From an uncultured Myxococcales bacterium (lineage in GTDB: Bacteria > Myxococcota_A > Bradymonadia > REDH01): 43,598 nucleotides of DNA. This document shows positions 1 through 9,946 of the stretch, in pieces. The stretch is taken from assembly GCA_964520965.1 (NCBI GenBank), contig CAZFPM010000002.1, forward strand, positions 188 through 43,785, given 5' to 3'. The position numbers and the translations under genes were made by a program. The notes beneath the pieces are model-generated. The model worked only from the letters and a program-made list of their open reading frames with translations, was not told where the DNA came from and searched no databases. Every line of letters starts with the position of its first letter. Position 1 is the first letter of the stretch.

Positions 1-2
1 AC

Positions 3-1943
3 GGCGACGCCGACTGCGCGGACGACGCATGCGCGGCGGCGCCCGGGTGCGCCGACCTGGATTGCGTCGACGAGGAATTGGGAGACGCGCTCGGTCCCGC
101 CATCGCGACCGGAACGAACGCAGGTGCGCCCCGGGATCGCACCGGATCGTGCGCCGGCGACGGCCGCGAGGTGGTCTTCCTGTGGGAGGCGCCGAGCACC
201 GCCGTTTACGTGTTCGACACGTTGGGATCCACCTACGACACCGTGCTCTATGCCTATGCGGACTCGTGCGAAGGCGCGGAGCTCGACTGCAACGACGACG
301 CGTTCACCGGAGACGATCGCCTGCGCTCCCAACTCACCCTCGTGCTCGACGCGGGCGACCAGATCGTCTTGGTTCTCGATGGCTACGGGAGCCGGAGCGT
401 CGGGGACTACCAGCTCAACGTTGAGCTGAACGCCATCGAGATCTGCGACAACGGTGAAGACGACGACCTCGACGAGGCCATCGACTGTTTCGACCCGGAC
501 TGCGCAGGAAGCGATGCTTGCACGAGCACCGACTGCCCGGATATCGATGCCGGCGAAGACGTGGGAGAGAGCGTCGTGTCCGGTACGACGTTGGAGCAGA
601 CCTACGCGCACGCCGGAACCTGCGGCGGAGAGGGCGCGCGTGATGTCTCGATTCAGTGGACCGCTCCGGAGACGGGCACCTGGATCTTCGACGCCACCGA
701 CGCCGACTTCGACGCGGTGCTCTACGCGCTGAACGGCTGCGGCGGAGGCGAGATCGCGTGCGACGCGGGTGGTCTCCTGGAGCTGGACCTCGAGGGGGGT
801 GACGCTGTCGTCGTGGTGGTCGACGGATTCGACGGAGCCGCGGGGGAGTTCGACCTCGCCGTCTACCGGTCCGAGACCTGCGACAACGGCGAAGACGACG
901 ATCTCGATGGGCAGGAGGACTGCTTCGATCTCGACTGCGCGGCGGACGACGCCTGCCTCTTCGATGACTGCCCGACCGACGATCTCGGTACCGAGGTCGG
1001 TGAGGCCGTGGCGGAGGGTTCGACGGAAGACGCTCCGTACGCGTACATCGCCGGTTGCGGTGGCGCATCTGGCGGAACGCCGTCCGGAGGCGAGGCCGCG
1101 CCCGATCATTTCCTCACGTGGTCTCCGCCTCATGCGGGACGCTACGCGTTCGACACTCTGGGTTCCGACTTCGACACCCTGCTCGCGGTGACGGTCGCGA
1201 GCTGCGGCGGCATCGAGATCGCCTGCAACGACGATGCCTTCGTCGGTGACGACCGAACCCGCTCCCGCGTCGCCCTCGATGTGCCCGCCGACGCGGGTTA
1301 CACGGTCGTCGTCTCCGGGTGGGGGGACAGCTCCGGAGACTACGTGCTGAACATCGAACAGCTCGAGGTCGATTGCGCCGACGGCGACGACGAGGACGAC
1401 GACGGACTCGTCGATTGCGAGGACCCGGACTGCACCGGCTCCGACGACTGCGTGGAGATCTGCGACAACGGAGTCGATGACGACGCAAACGACCTCGTCG
1501 ACTGCAGCGATCCCGACTGCGAGCTCGGCGAAACCTGCTGCTTCGACGACGTGTTCGAACCGAACCAGGGAACCTCTGGCTCTCCGTCGACCCTCCCGGA
1601 CGTCTATGAAGCCGACCGGGACGCCATGCTGACCGTCGGGCCTGGAGACGTGGATTCGTTCCGGCTCTCGTCGCTCTGTGCGGGCGCGGTGATCGAGACG
1701 ATGGCCCACTTCGACGCCGCCGACGGCAACATTGACACCCGCATCCTGATTTCCGACGGAACCCTGATCGCCGCGGGCAACTCGACGACGGACAGCGAAC
1801 CACTCGACCTCGTGGTTCCGCCCGGTGTCGTCACGCTCTTCTTCCAGGTCTTCATGAACGAAGTCGGGCGATGCAACCAATACTGGCTGGACATCGACAT
1901 CGACCGCTCCGCATGCGCCGTCGACGGCGGGGGCGGTGGTTGA
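3..1943 (+). CDS. Secreted/surface Cys- and Asp-rich repeat protein with tandem PPC-like beta-sandwich modules; 5' truncated by the window edge
   Basis: The frame is open from position 3 (GDADCADDACAAAPGCADLDC...), so the listed start at 78 is not the true start. It has three homologous modules (WEAPSTAVYVFDTLGSTYDTVLY / WTAPETGTWIFDATDADFDAVLY / WSPPHAGRYAFDTLGSDFDTLLAV) separated by CDNGxDDDxDxxxDCxDPDC motifs typical of myxobacterial extracellular proteins. Confidence 0.75.
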   Translation, partial: GDADCADDACAAAPGCADLDCVDEELGDALGPAIATGTNAGAPRDRTGSCAGDGREVVFLWEAPSTAVYVFDTLGSTYDTVLYAYADSCEGAELDCNDDAFTGDDRLRSQLTLVLDAGDQIVLVLDGYGSRSVGDYQLNVELNAIEICDNGEDDDLDEAIDCFDPDCAGSDACTSTDCPDIDAGEDVGESVVSGTTLEQTYAHAGTCGGEGARDVSIQWTAPETGTWIFDATDADFDAVLYALNGCGGGEIACDAGGLLELDLEGGDAVVVVVDGFDGAAGEFDLAVYRSETCDNGEDDDLDGQEDCFDLDCAADDACLFDDCPTDDLGTEVGEAVAEGSTEDAPYAYIAGCGGASGGTPSGGEAAPDHFLTWSPPHAGRYAFDTLGSDFDTLLAVTVASCGGIEIACNDDAFVGDDRTRSRVALDVPADAGYTVVVSGWGDSSGDYVLNIEQLEVDCADGDDEDDDGLVDCEDPDCTGSDDCVEICDNGVDDDANDLVDCSDPDCELGETCCFDDVFEPNQGTSGSPSTLPDVYEADRDAMLTVGPGDVDSFRLSSLCAGAVIETMAHFDAADGNIDTRILISDGTLIAAGNSTTDSEPLDLVVPPGVVTLFFQVFMNEVGRCNQYWLDIDIDRSACAVDGGGGG

Positions 1944-2060
1944 CCGGGCGCGATCGCGGGTACTAGCTTGAGCATCTCGTGACGCCGCGCCGTGGTTCCG
2001 GCAATCGGCCGCCCGCCGCGTCGCATCGACTCGAATGATTCTCCCGCGTCGAACGACGAG

Positions 2061-2825
2061 ATGACCACCGACCTCGACCGCCCCTGGCAAGGCTGCCGGA
2101 TCGCCGCGTTCGATCTGGAGACCACGGGTACGGACATCCAGAACGACCGAATCATCGAGGTCGGCGTCGTCATATTCGAGGAGGGCGAGGTCGTCGAGCG
2201 TTGGAGCCAGCTCGTCGATCCCGGCGTCCCCCTGCCGGCGGAGAGCACCGAGGTCACCGGGATACAACCCGAAGACCTGGTCGGACAGCCCCCGCTCGTC
2301 GACGTTCTCGACGACCTGTTCGCGCAATTCGAGAACACGGTGCTCCTCGCGTACAACCACGAGTTCGACGTCGGCGTACTCATGTCGGAGCTCGACCGCA
2401 TCGGCCGGAGTGCGCAGCTGCCGCCGTGTCTCGACCCGTTTCCGTTCTGCTGGGAGCATATCCGCGCCAAGGGACTCACCCGGAACGCCCAGCTCGGCAC
2501 GATCGCCGAGTACATGGAGATTCCGCTCGACGAGGCCCACCGCGCAGTGCACGACGCCGAGGCGGCCGGCCGCGTCATGCTCGAGCTGCCCAACCATGCG
2601 CTCCTGCCGGATAAGCTGGGCGAGATCCTCCAGGTGCAACGCGTGCTCCTGCAGCAGGTGAGCGAGCGGTTCAATCGCTTTCGCCGCGGCCGCGGCGAGG
2701 GGCGGTCGATGCTCAGCGCCGGCGAGGTCGTGATCGAGCTCGGCGCCGCCTACGTCTACGGTGACGAGGCCGACCCTGTTCGGGCGCTCTTCTCCCGAAT
2801 CCCCGACGTCCGCGACCTGAGCTGA
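2061..2825 (+). CDS. DEDDh 3'-5' exonuclease (DnaQ/epsilon-like)
   Basis: ExoI AFDLETTG, IIEVG, ExoII AYNHEFD and ExoIII HRAVHDAEA are present. ATG 2061 is preferred over GTG 1992. Confidence 0.9.
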   Translation: MTTDLDRPWQGCRIAAFDLETTGTDIQNDRIIEVGVVIFEEGEVVERWSQLVDPGVPLPAESTEVTGIQPEDLVGQPPLVDVLDDLFAQFENTVLLAYNHEFDVGVLMSELDRIGRSAQLPPCLDPFPFCWEHIRAKGLTRNAQLGTIAEYMEIPLDEAHRAVHDAEAAGRVMLELPNHALLPDKLGEILQVQRVLLQQVSERFNRFRRGRGEGRSMLSAGEVVIELGAAYVYGDEADPVRALFSRIPDVRDLS

Positions 2826-2853
2826 CGCGCGCGGCGTCAGCACCGAATCGCGT

Positions 2854-4176
2854 TCAGCGCCGACGCAAGACCACCAGGCAGAGGAGCGCGACGCCGACCC
2901 CGAAGACGCCGGCGAAGCTGCGGCCGGGCGAGCGGCTGCACTCGCACAATGCGTTCGGGTCGTCGACGCACTTGCCCTCGTCGTTGCACGTCTGCAGGAA
3001 GTCGCATCGAAGCGTCTCCTGTCCCAACGCGCAGTCCGGATCATACGCGCCGCACTCGCAGTCACACCCATCGAGGGTCGCGTAGTAGGAGAGGTCGCAG
3101 GTCCACTCCGCGGGGGCGGTGACCCGGCAGTCCTCGTCACAATCCGACCACTCGGTGAGGGTGCAGATCCCGTCTCCGCACGTGTTGGCTCGGCAATCCT
3201 CGTCGCAATCTGTCGGAGTCTCGTCCCACGCGCAGAAACCGTCGCCACAGGTCGAACCCGTGCCGCAGAGGACCTCATCGGTGCCGTGGTCGCAGAAGTC
3301 GTCGATGGCGGTGCGGGCGTAGTGGATCTTCTCGCCGCCACATCCAGACTCGCTACAGCGGTTCACGCGGTTGCAGGCCCCATCGGCCGCGTAGTCGGTC
3401 TCCCCCTGGATCAGCATGCCGAACAGACTCAGTGTGTCCGGCAGGAACACGCCGGAGCCGGAGTTCCCGCCGAACGTATCCGGGGTCCCTTCGAGATAAT
3501 CCCCCTGTTGGGTCCGCGGGTCTCGGACCCGCCCGCCATCGTCTATCTTCATCGGCAACCCGGATGGTGACCCGATCAGGACGAAGGAATCGCCCTCCGA
3601 CAGGCGCGGAATCTCGGCGACGACTTGAGCGGGAGCAAAGTCGTCCGCGGGCCGATCGAGTTGGAAGATCGTGTAGTCGCCGGCACGGCCGACGGAGCGG
3701 TGCTCGTGCACGACGACATTCCGGCAGGCGAACACCTGGTCGATGGTGATGGGAGCGAGCTCGTCGTCCCATTGGAGCCCGAACACGACGAGCGTCTGCT
3801 CGCACGACGCCTGACCCGACGCGAAGCAGTGTCCTGCCGTCAACACGAGATCCGGTGCGATCAACGTTCCCGAACAGAACCCCGGGGTCGGCTGGTCGAC
3901 GAATCGCTCGTCGTCACAGAGGTTCTGTGCGTTGCCCAGCGTCGTCGCGTGAAACCCGACATCTGACGTGTCCGTCGTGTCGAACATCGGCTTCGCGACG
4001 AGCGTCACGACAGACGACTCGGCGAGAGTTCGAACGAGCTCGTCCGGATGGTCGGAGACCTCGACGCGGTCGTCGTCTCCATAGACCACGGGCTGGCGAA
4101 TCGTCTCTGCATGCGCACCCGCCGGCGCGGCGAGCACGACGCAGAAGGCGAGAACAAGGGGCACCGCTGTCTTCAT
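2854..4176 (-). CDS. Secreted trypsin-like (S1) serine protease with Cys-rich C-terminal repeats and a MYXO-CTERM-like anchor
   Basis: Signal peptide MKTAVPLVLAFCVVLAAPAGAHA; CSGTLIAPDLVLTAGHC (His), GDYTIFQL (Asp), DTFGGNSGSGV (Ser); CGDGxC repeats; C-terminal CECS...hydrophobic helix...RRR. Confidence 0.88.
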   Translation of the reverse strand: MKTAVPLVLAFCVVLAAPAGAHAETIRQPVVYGDDDRVEVSDHPDELVRTLAESSVVTLVAKPMFDTTDTSDVGFHATTLGNAQNLCDDERFVDQPTPGFCSGTLIAPDLVLTAGHCFASGQASCEQTLVVFGLQWDDELAPITIDQVFACRNVVVHEHRSVGRAGDYTIFQLDRPADDFAPAQVVAEIPRLSEGDSFVLIGSPSGLPMKIDDGGRVRDPRTQQGDYLEGTPDTFGGNSGSGVFLPDTLSLFGMLIQGETDYAADGACNRVNRCSESGCGGEKIHYARTAIDDFCDHGTDEVLCGTGSTCGDGFCAWDETPTDCDEDCRANTCGDGICTLTEWSDCDEDCRVTAPAEWTCDLSYYATLDGCDCECGAYDPDCALGQETLRCDFLQTCNDEGKCVDDPNALCECSRSPGRSFAGVFGVGVALLCLVVLRRR

Positions 4177-4529
4177 GTCGACTCACGCAAGACCACGAGG
4201 TCGCCCAGGCTAGCCCGCAACGTTCACCGGGTCACGTTGCGAGGTACAGCAGCGTCATGTGCCGTCGAGGCGTGGTGATGCGAAGCCGCAGCGGGGAACC
4301 GGTGAAGGATGCGGGCTGGATGCAGTCGTCGGGTTATGCCAATGCATCCGGACCGACGGCGGATGCCCGTCGCCACTGCCGGTGGCGGGCCCCCCAGCGC
4401 CGAGCGGGCTTGACCGGTCGGCGCGGGGCGACGATGACAGAACGAGAATCCTGTTCACAGCGGATCGGGCCGGAACCCAGGGACCGGCAAGCGCGACGCA
4501 TCGTGACGATCGAAGGGAACGCCTCGCCG

Positions 4530-6179
4530 ATGGCTCTAGACGACACGGACCAGAACGACAGGTCGGCGGTACCATCGTCGACGCAGAGCGCTCGCGTGAT
4601 CGAACGAAGGCGCATGCTGTCCCGAATCGTGACGCGGATCGCGCCGCTCGAAGCGACCGCCGCGGAGGCCGGTTGGCAACTGGCGAAGACGGGCGGCAAA
4701 CAACAGGTCACGACATTGCGGGAAGCTCGGGCGAAGCTCGACGCCGCCCTCTCCGACGAGGAGACGTGGCGGACCCTGAACCGATGGTCGCAAGAAGATC
4801 CGTCGGAGGATCCGGCTCTCGACCGCGCGATCGTGTTGATGGAACGACGCTATGCCGACCGGCGCGTCGACGCAGACCTGCGCAAGGAGATTGCGGCCCA
4901 CGAGACGGACCTGCGCCGCCGATACGCGGTGTTCCGAGGCAAGATCGACGGAAAGAAGACCTCGCAGGGCGAGATCGACCGTATCCTGGTCGAGAGCAAC
5001 GACGTCAAACACCGACAGAAGGCCTGGCGGGCGTCGAAGCAGGTCGGGCGCGAGGTCCACGAGACGATAATCGAGCTCGTTCAGCTGCGGAATCGCATCG
5101 CGGTCGCGAAGGGGTACCGGGACTTCTACGCGATGCGGCTCGACCAGCAGGAGCTGTCGGAAGAGGAGCTGTTCTCCACGCTCACCCGCCTGGAGAAGGC
5201 GACCAGGGCCCCGTATCGGACGCGCAAGGCCGTCCTCGACGGCGAACTGGCTCGGCGATTCGAAATCACGGCCGACGACCTGCAGCCCTGGCACTACGCA
5301 GACCCGTTCTTCCAGCGGATCCGCGCCAGTGGTGGGCTGAAGCCCGACGATTACTACGCCGAGCGCGATCTCTCGGAGCTGGCGATCCGCTTCTTCGACG
5401 GGCTCGGAATGGACGTCCGCGACGTTCTGGAGCGGTCGGACCTCTTCCCGCGCGCCGGCAAGGAGCAACACGCGTTCTGCACGCACATCGATCGCAAGGG
5501 TGACATTCGCATCCTCGCCAACGTCACGCCCGGCGAACGCTGGATGACGACGCTGCTGCACGAACTCGGGCACGCGGTCTACGAGCGCTACAACGAGCAG
5601 CCCTGGGAGCTTGCCACGCCGGCCCATATGTCGACGACCGAGGCGGTCGCGATGTTGATGGGACGGCAGGCGACCGATATCGAGTACCTGATCGAGTACG
5701 CGGACGTGCCCGCCTTCGATGTGACACCGCTGTCGGGCGAGCTGCGGCGACACCAGTGCTTCCGCATGCAGATGTTCATGCGATGGGCTCTGGTCGTGGT
5801 CCACTTCGAGCGAGAGCTCTACGCAGACCCCGTGCGCGACGACCTGAACGCGCTCTGGTGGGAGCTCAAGCGGAAGTACCAGCTCATCGAGCCGCCAGAC
5901 GGCCGCACCGAGCCCGACTGGGCGGCAAAGCTCCATCTCGCGCTCGTGCCCGTCTACTATCAGAACTACGTCATCGGGGAGCTGGTCGCTTCCCAGCTCC
6001 GCAGCGCGATCTGTGAGGAAGCCCGGATCGGATCGCTGGTCGACAGCCAGTACGCCGGGGAGTTCCTGATCGAGCAGGTGTTCCGCCACGGAGCGTCGAA
6101 GCGGTGGGACCAGCTCCTCGTCGACGCGACCGGTGAAGCGCTGAATCCGCAGCACTTCATCCGCGAGTTCACCGGGTAG
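4530..6179 (+). CDS. Gluzincin metallopeptidase (M2/M3-like peptidyl-dipeptidase or oligopeptidase)
   Basis: LLHELGH zinc motif with downstream STTEAV glutamate; DLFPRAGKEQHAFC, PDWAAKLH and YYQNY. The start is uncertain (ATG 4530 or 4613); the ORF extension back to 3855 overlaps the protease and is spurious. Confidence 0.85.
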   Translation: MALDDTDQNDRSAVPSSTQSARVIERRRMLSRIVTRIAPLEATAAEAGWQLAKTGGKQQVTTLREARAKLDAALSDEETWRTLNRWSQEDPSEDPALDRAIVLMERRYADRRVDADLRKEIAAHETDLRRRYAVFRGKIDGKKTSQGEIDRILVESNDVKHRQKAWRASKQVGREVHETIIELVQLRNRIAVAKGYRDFYAMRLDQQELSEEELFSTLTRLEKATRAPYRTRKAVLDGELARRFEITADDLQPWHYADPFFQRIRASGGLKPDDYYAERDLSELAIRFFDGLGMDVRDVLERSDLFPRAGKEQHAFCTHIDRKGDIRILANVTPGERWMTTLLHELGHAVYERYNEQPWELATPAHMSTTEAVAMLMGRQATDIEYLIEYADVPAFDVTPLSGELRRHQCFRMQMFMRWALVVVHFERELYADPVRDDLNALWWELKRKYQLIEPPDGRTEPDWAAKLHLALVPVYYQNYVIGELVASQLRSAICEEARIGSLVDSQYAGEFLIEQVFRHGASKRWDQLLVDATGEALNPQHFIREFTG

Positions 6180-6183
6180 GGCG

Positions 6184-7899
6184 GTGCACCAGGCGGCCTA
6201 CTGGATCGTTGCGCTCGTCGTCTTCTCGGCACTGGTCTTCCCCGGCGCATTGCTCGCCCGGCAGCTCTGGCGCGGCTGGACGCCAGCGATGCACATGGCG
6301 CTCGGCCCGATCGTCGGGCTGCCCCTGCTGCTCGTGTGTTGGCGGCTCTTCGGGGCGGGTCCGCCGCTGATCTGGTCGACGATCCTCGGCGCCATCGCCG
6401 TGTTGGGACCGGTCGCCTGGTTCACCACCGGCGGTCGCAAGAACGGATCGCCCGCGTTGATCCTCGCGGCCCTCTTCGTCCACTTCGTCGCCGCCATCGC
6501 GGTGCAGACGTTGTGGGATGCACCGAGCTTCCACGGGGGCGACTTCTTCGGCCACACCTTCCGGGCGCCGTACGGATTCCTCGTCGATGGCTCGTTGCGA
6601 GGAGACCGGCCGGTTCTCGTGACGCTCACCTCGCTCGCCGTGCTCGACGCGTTCCGCGGAGACCTGACCACACAGTGGGTGTTCCAGCTGGTCTTCTCGG
6701 GCGCGAACACCCTGGTCGTCGGCCCGGGAATCCTGCTGGCCGAGCGATGGGGAGGGCGCCGCGCGGCCTGGTGCGCCGCCGGCCTGTTGGCACTGAACCC
6801 GTTCATGGTCCAACAGACGTTCTACTGTTGGCCGAAGATGGCGGCGGCGGCCGGGGTGCTCGCGATCGTCTATCTTCTGTTCGCGCGCGACGATCGCTCC
6901 TCGGCGTTCGCTGCGGGTCTGGCGGCGGCAGTCGCCTATTGCTGCCACCAGCAAGCGGCCCTCTTCGTCTTGCCAACGGGTCTGATCTGGTTCCTGCGCC
7001 GCGACGTCGCCGACCGCTGGATCCGCGCGCTGCTGGTGCTCGCCGCCGGGGCGGGCGGGTTCGCGATCTTCGTGGTCTGGGCCGGTCGTTTCTCCTACGA
7101 CCCGTCTGGCTCTCAACAGCTGCTCTGCCCGCTGATGAACGAGTGGTGGTACATCTGGTGGAACCGCCCCGTCGAAGAGGTGATCGCGCGCTTCCACGAG
7201 TTTACGCCCTGGGAGCTCTTCCGCCACCGCGCGTTGAACTGGGTGGCTACGTTCGCCCCGAACCGCAGCTTCAGCAGCAACCCGGTCGACGATCGGCATT
7301 TCTACTTCGAGTACGACAAGGCGACGGCCGCCGTGGGCTTCGTCGCGTTCACGCTCGCTTGTGTCACCGGCTGGCGCCTGGCCCGCCATCGGCAGGCTGG
7401 CATCGCGTCGCGAGCGATTCTCCTGTCGGCATTCGCGTGGACCGTGTCGGTAGCCGCCTTCGCCGGCTGCGTCGTGCACGGACTCGCCGGGTGGGGGCTG
7501 CCCTCGTTCGTCGCCCTCCTGCTCGTGCTGGCTGCGGTGGGCGTTGCCGCGGCGCCGCCTCCGCGGCGGGCTCTGCTCCTGTCGGCGATCGTCGTCGAGA
7601 CACTGTTCTGGTGTTGGCGCTGGGTGGTCCACATGCGCGTGATCGTGGCCGGACACCAGGAGCTCGGCGATCCGCGCTTCGACGACTTCCTGGAGAGGGA
7701 TCTGCGCACCGTGGGCATCTACGCCCCCGGAGATCTGTTCTTCGCCGACGACTTCGTCGGGAGCGGGGGCGCCTGGGTCGTGGTCGCGATCGGGCTCCTG
7801 CTCTGCGCGGCCGCCGTCTTCGGCGCCGTGCGCAGCGCTCAGCGAGACTCGGTCTCGACCGACTCCGCCACGACCTCGACGGCCGACTCTACAGGCTGA
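6184..7899 (+). CDS. Polytopic membrane protein, possibly a GT-C fold glycosyltransferase (ArnT/PMT-like)
   Basis: More than 10 hydrophobic segments with extracytoplasmic-type loops; the AAGLLALNPF segment resembles GT-C enzymes. It starts 4 nt after the peptidase stop. Confidence 0.5.
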   Translation: MHQAAYWIVALVVFSALVFPGALLARQLWRGWTPAMHMALGPIVGLPLLLVCWRLFGAGPPLIWSTILGAIAVLGPVAWFTTGGRKNGSPALILAALFVHFVAAIAVQTLWDAPSFHGGDFFGHTFRAPYGFLVDGSLRGDRPVLVTLTSLAVLDAFRGDLTTQWVFQLVFSGANTLVVGPGILLAERWGGRRAAWCAAGLLALNPFMVQQTFYCWPKMAAAAGVLAIVYLLFARDDRSSAFAAGLAAAVAYCCHQQAALFVLPTGLIWFLRRDVADRWIRALLVLAAGAGGFAIFVVWAGRFSYDPSGSQQLLCPLMNEWWYIWWNRPVEEVIARFHEFTPWELFRHRALNWVATFAPNRSFSSNPVDDRHFYFEYDKATAAVGFVAFTLACVTGWRLARHRQAGIASRAILLSAFAWTVSVAAFAGCVVHGLAGWGLPSFVALLLVLAAVGVAAAPPPRRALLLSAIVVETLFWCWRWVVHMRVIVAGHQELGDPRFDDFLERDLRTVGIYAPGDLFFADDFVGSGGAWVVVAIGLLLCAAAVFGAVRSAQRDSVSTDSATTSTADSTG

Positions 7900-8531
7900 T
7901 CCGACGCTTGGTCGTCGTCGGCCAGAGACCCCGATGCGGCGCTGCGATCCGCCTCCGCCGCCGCCGCGACCCGGGCCGAGAAGTCCTCGAGGCTTCGTCG
8001 CTCCTCAGCGCTGGCAAGGAGCGGGGCCTCGCCGTCGTCGATGAGAGCGTAGATGTCGGCGCCCGACTCCGGGTGCACGTCGACCGTCACACGGCCGCGA
8101 CGAACGAGATCATCGGCGACGGCGCGCACTGCACGGACGTCGAGGCGCATGCGCTTGGCGGCGTCCTCGTCGGTCACGAGGTCCCGCTCCGTGAGCATCC
8201 GGACCAGGCGGCGCTCGATCTCCTGGCGATCTCCCTCCTTGACGACCTGTCCCGCGAAGTAGAGCGATCCACCGCCGAAGAGCGAGGTCAGCACGCCGAG
8301 CGCGAGAACCACGACACCAATATTGTAGACCACCGCGCCGCCGAGCGCGGCCATGAGCCCTCCGGCGGCCAGAAAACCGACACCGAACAAGAGGGCCAGC
8401 GCCCCGACCGCTCGACCAGCGCCTGCCCCGAAGTGACGAAGACCCCGGCGAGCCGGCTCGACGAGAGAGTCCTCGATTCGCGCCGTCGTCAGAGGCTTTG
8501 GCGGGTCCTTGTGTGGCGAACCGGTGGACAT
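7839..8531 (-). CDS. Hypothetical membrane protein (2 TM helices plus a possible winged-helix-like cytoplasmic domain)
   Basis: Two hydrophobic stretches are followed by LVTDEDAAKRMRLDVRAVRAVADDLVRRGRVTVDV and an acidic tail. ATG at 8531; its 3' end overlaps the convergent gene by 61 bp. Confidence 0.6.
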   Translation of the reverse strand: MSTGSPHKDPPKPLTTARIEDSLVEPARRGLRHFGAGAGRAVGALALLFGVGFLAAGGLMAALGGAVVYNIGVVVLALGVLTSLFGGGSLYFAGQVVKEGDRQEIERRLVRMLTERDLVTDEDAAKRMRLDVRAVRAVADDLVRRGRVTVDVHPESGADIYALIDDGEAPLLASAEERRSLEDFSARVAAAAEADRSAASGSLADDDQASDQPVESAVEVVAESVETESR

Positions 8532-8601
8532 CGCGTGCTCCTGCGTCGCGGGCCGATCTCGTGGTGCCGGAGTCCCGAGTCTCGACACTTTCACCGTCGG
8601 A

Positions 8602-9861
8602 TCAACGGGGTTCTGCGATCGGCAGGTGTAGAATCACCCAATAGATCCACGTGTCGCCGCCCTGTCCGACCTGCCAGCTCACGTCGTCTCCGTCGAGCGG
8701 CGACGTGTAGTTGAACACGAGGTGGCGACCGCCGCCGAGGTCGATCGCCTCCGGGAAGCAGGTGTCTCCACGCGATGGAAGGTCGAGCGCCAGGTCGACC
8801 GACAGCGTCGTGGGCGACACTCGCCAGACGCTGCAGCGCTTCGGGCGTGTCCAGTAGTCGAGCTGATATCGCAACGAGCGTTCGTTCGACGGCAGGTCGG
8901 CGAGCTCGAGGTCATAGGCGCCCGATTCCGTCAGGTTGCGCCGGCCGATCAACCACACGCCACTGGCGTCGCGGAACACGAGCGGAGAGTCGAACTTCCG
9001 CACATCCGACCGACACTCCCAAGCGCCCAGGTCCTCGGGCTCGGCTCGGCAGATGTGCGAACCGAATCCGGTCTCGTCGCCGGCCTCGTTTCGGCTGACG
9101 GCCACGATGCCGCCGTCGGGCAGGAACGCGAGATCGGTCTCCGAACCGCCGCCACGCAATACGACGGGGTCGTCGCCGATCGCCGGGTCCCATGACACTC
9201 CGTCGTCCGACGCGAGCCAGTGCACCTCCAATCCCCCCGCGCCTCCGTCGTCGTAGATCTGCTCGCCGCCGGTGTAACCGAGCAGGTCGAATCCGTCGCC
9301 GCGACGATGCGTACGCCAGACGACGAAGCCAGGATCGAACGCCGCCTCCGGCTCCGTCCACTGTCCCGGACCCGAGTAGAGCGCTCGCCACACGCCGTGC
9401 GGTTCGAAGTCCAGCGGGTTGTCGCCGAGCTCCGCGAAGTAGAGAACGAGCTGCTCGCCATTCGCCACCAGCTGGGGCTCGCGGATGTCGGTTCCGATCT
9501 CGAAGCGCCCCTCGAACCGCCAGGATTCCAGGTCCGGGGTGCTGACCACGAAGAGAACGGTGTCCGCGCTCGCGAAATGATTGGGGGCCGTGCGGAAGGC
9601 GAGGAACACGCGCCCGTCGAACCATGCAGCGTCGAGGTTGTTGTGTGCGCGTTGGGAGTCGATCCCGTCGGGCATCGACGCACTCGGCAGCACGACGACG
9701 GGATCGGTGAACGACGGATCAGTGCCGACCCGGTCGACGCACAGGTCCGGCCGGGCGTCGCAGAGCGGATGGAGTGTCGGCTTCGACGACTCGTTGGCCT
9801 CGTCTCCGCACGCAGCCATCGTGACGCAGGCGAGCACGACCGCCAGACCGACGAGACGCAC
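8602..9861 (-). CDS. Lipoprotein with a sialidase/BNR-like beta-propeller
   Basis: Signal/lipobox VRLVGLAVVLACVTMAAC; Asp-box-like ASDDGVSW and STPDLESW. GTG 9861 was chosen because longer starts overlap phoH. Confidence 0.6.
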   Translation of the reverse strand: MRLVGLAVVLACVTMAACGDEANESSKPTLHPLCDARPDLCVDRVGTDPSFTDPVVVLPSASMPDGIDSQRAHNNLDAAWFDGRVFLAFRTAPNHFASADTVLFVVSTPDLESWRFEGRFEIGTDIREPQLVANGEQLVLYFAELGDNPLDFEPHGVWRALYSGPGQWTEPEAAFDPGFVVWRTHRRGDGFDLLGYTGGEQIYDDGGAGGLEVHWLASDDGVSWDPAIGDDPVVLRGGGSETDLAFLPDGGIVAVSRNEAGDETGFGSHICRAEPEDLGAWECRSDVRKFDSPLVFRDASGVWLIGRRNLTESGAYDLELADLPSNERSLRYQLDYWTRPKRCSVWRVSPTTLSVDLALDLPSRGDTCFPEAIDLGGGRHLVFNYTSPLDGDDVSWQVGQGGDTWIYWVILHLPIAEPR

Positions 9862-9946
9862 GGGCTCGGCGTGCCCGGGTGCACGCTCGGGTCGGCGTGG
9901 ATCCACGCCGCAGGGCTCTCCGCGTCGTTCGGGCACCGGCAGTCGG

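Noticed and set aside
4293-4378. Cobalamin riboswitch-like words (GGGAACCGGTG ... GCCACTG) upstream of the peptidase
   Set aside because: The CCCGCnACTGT and GGGAAG elements are missing and the downstream gene is unrelated to B12. An Infernal scan would settle it.
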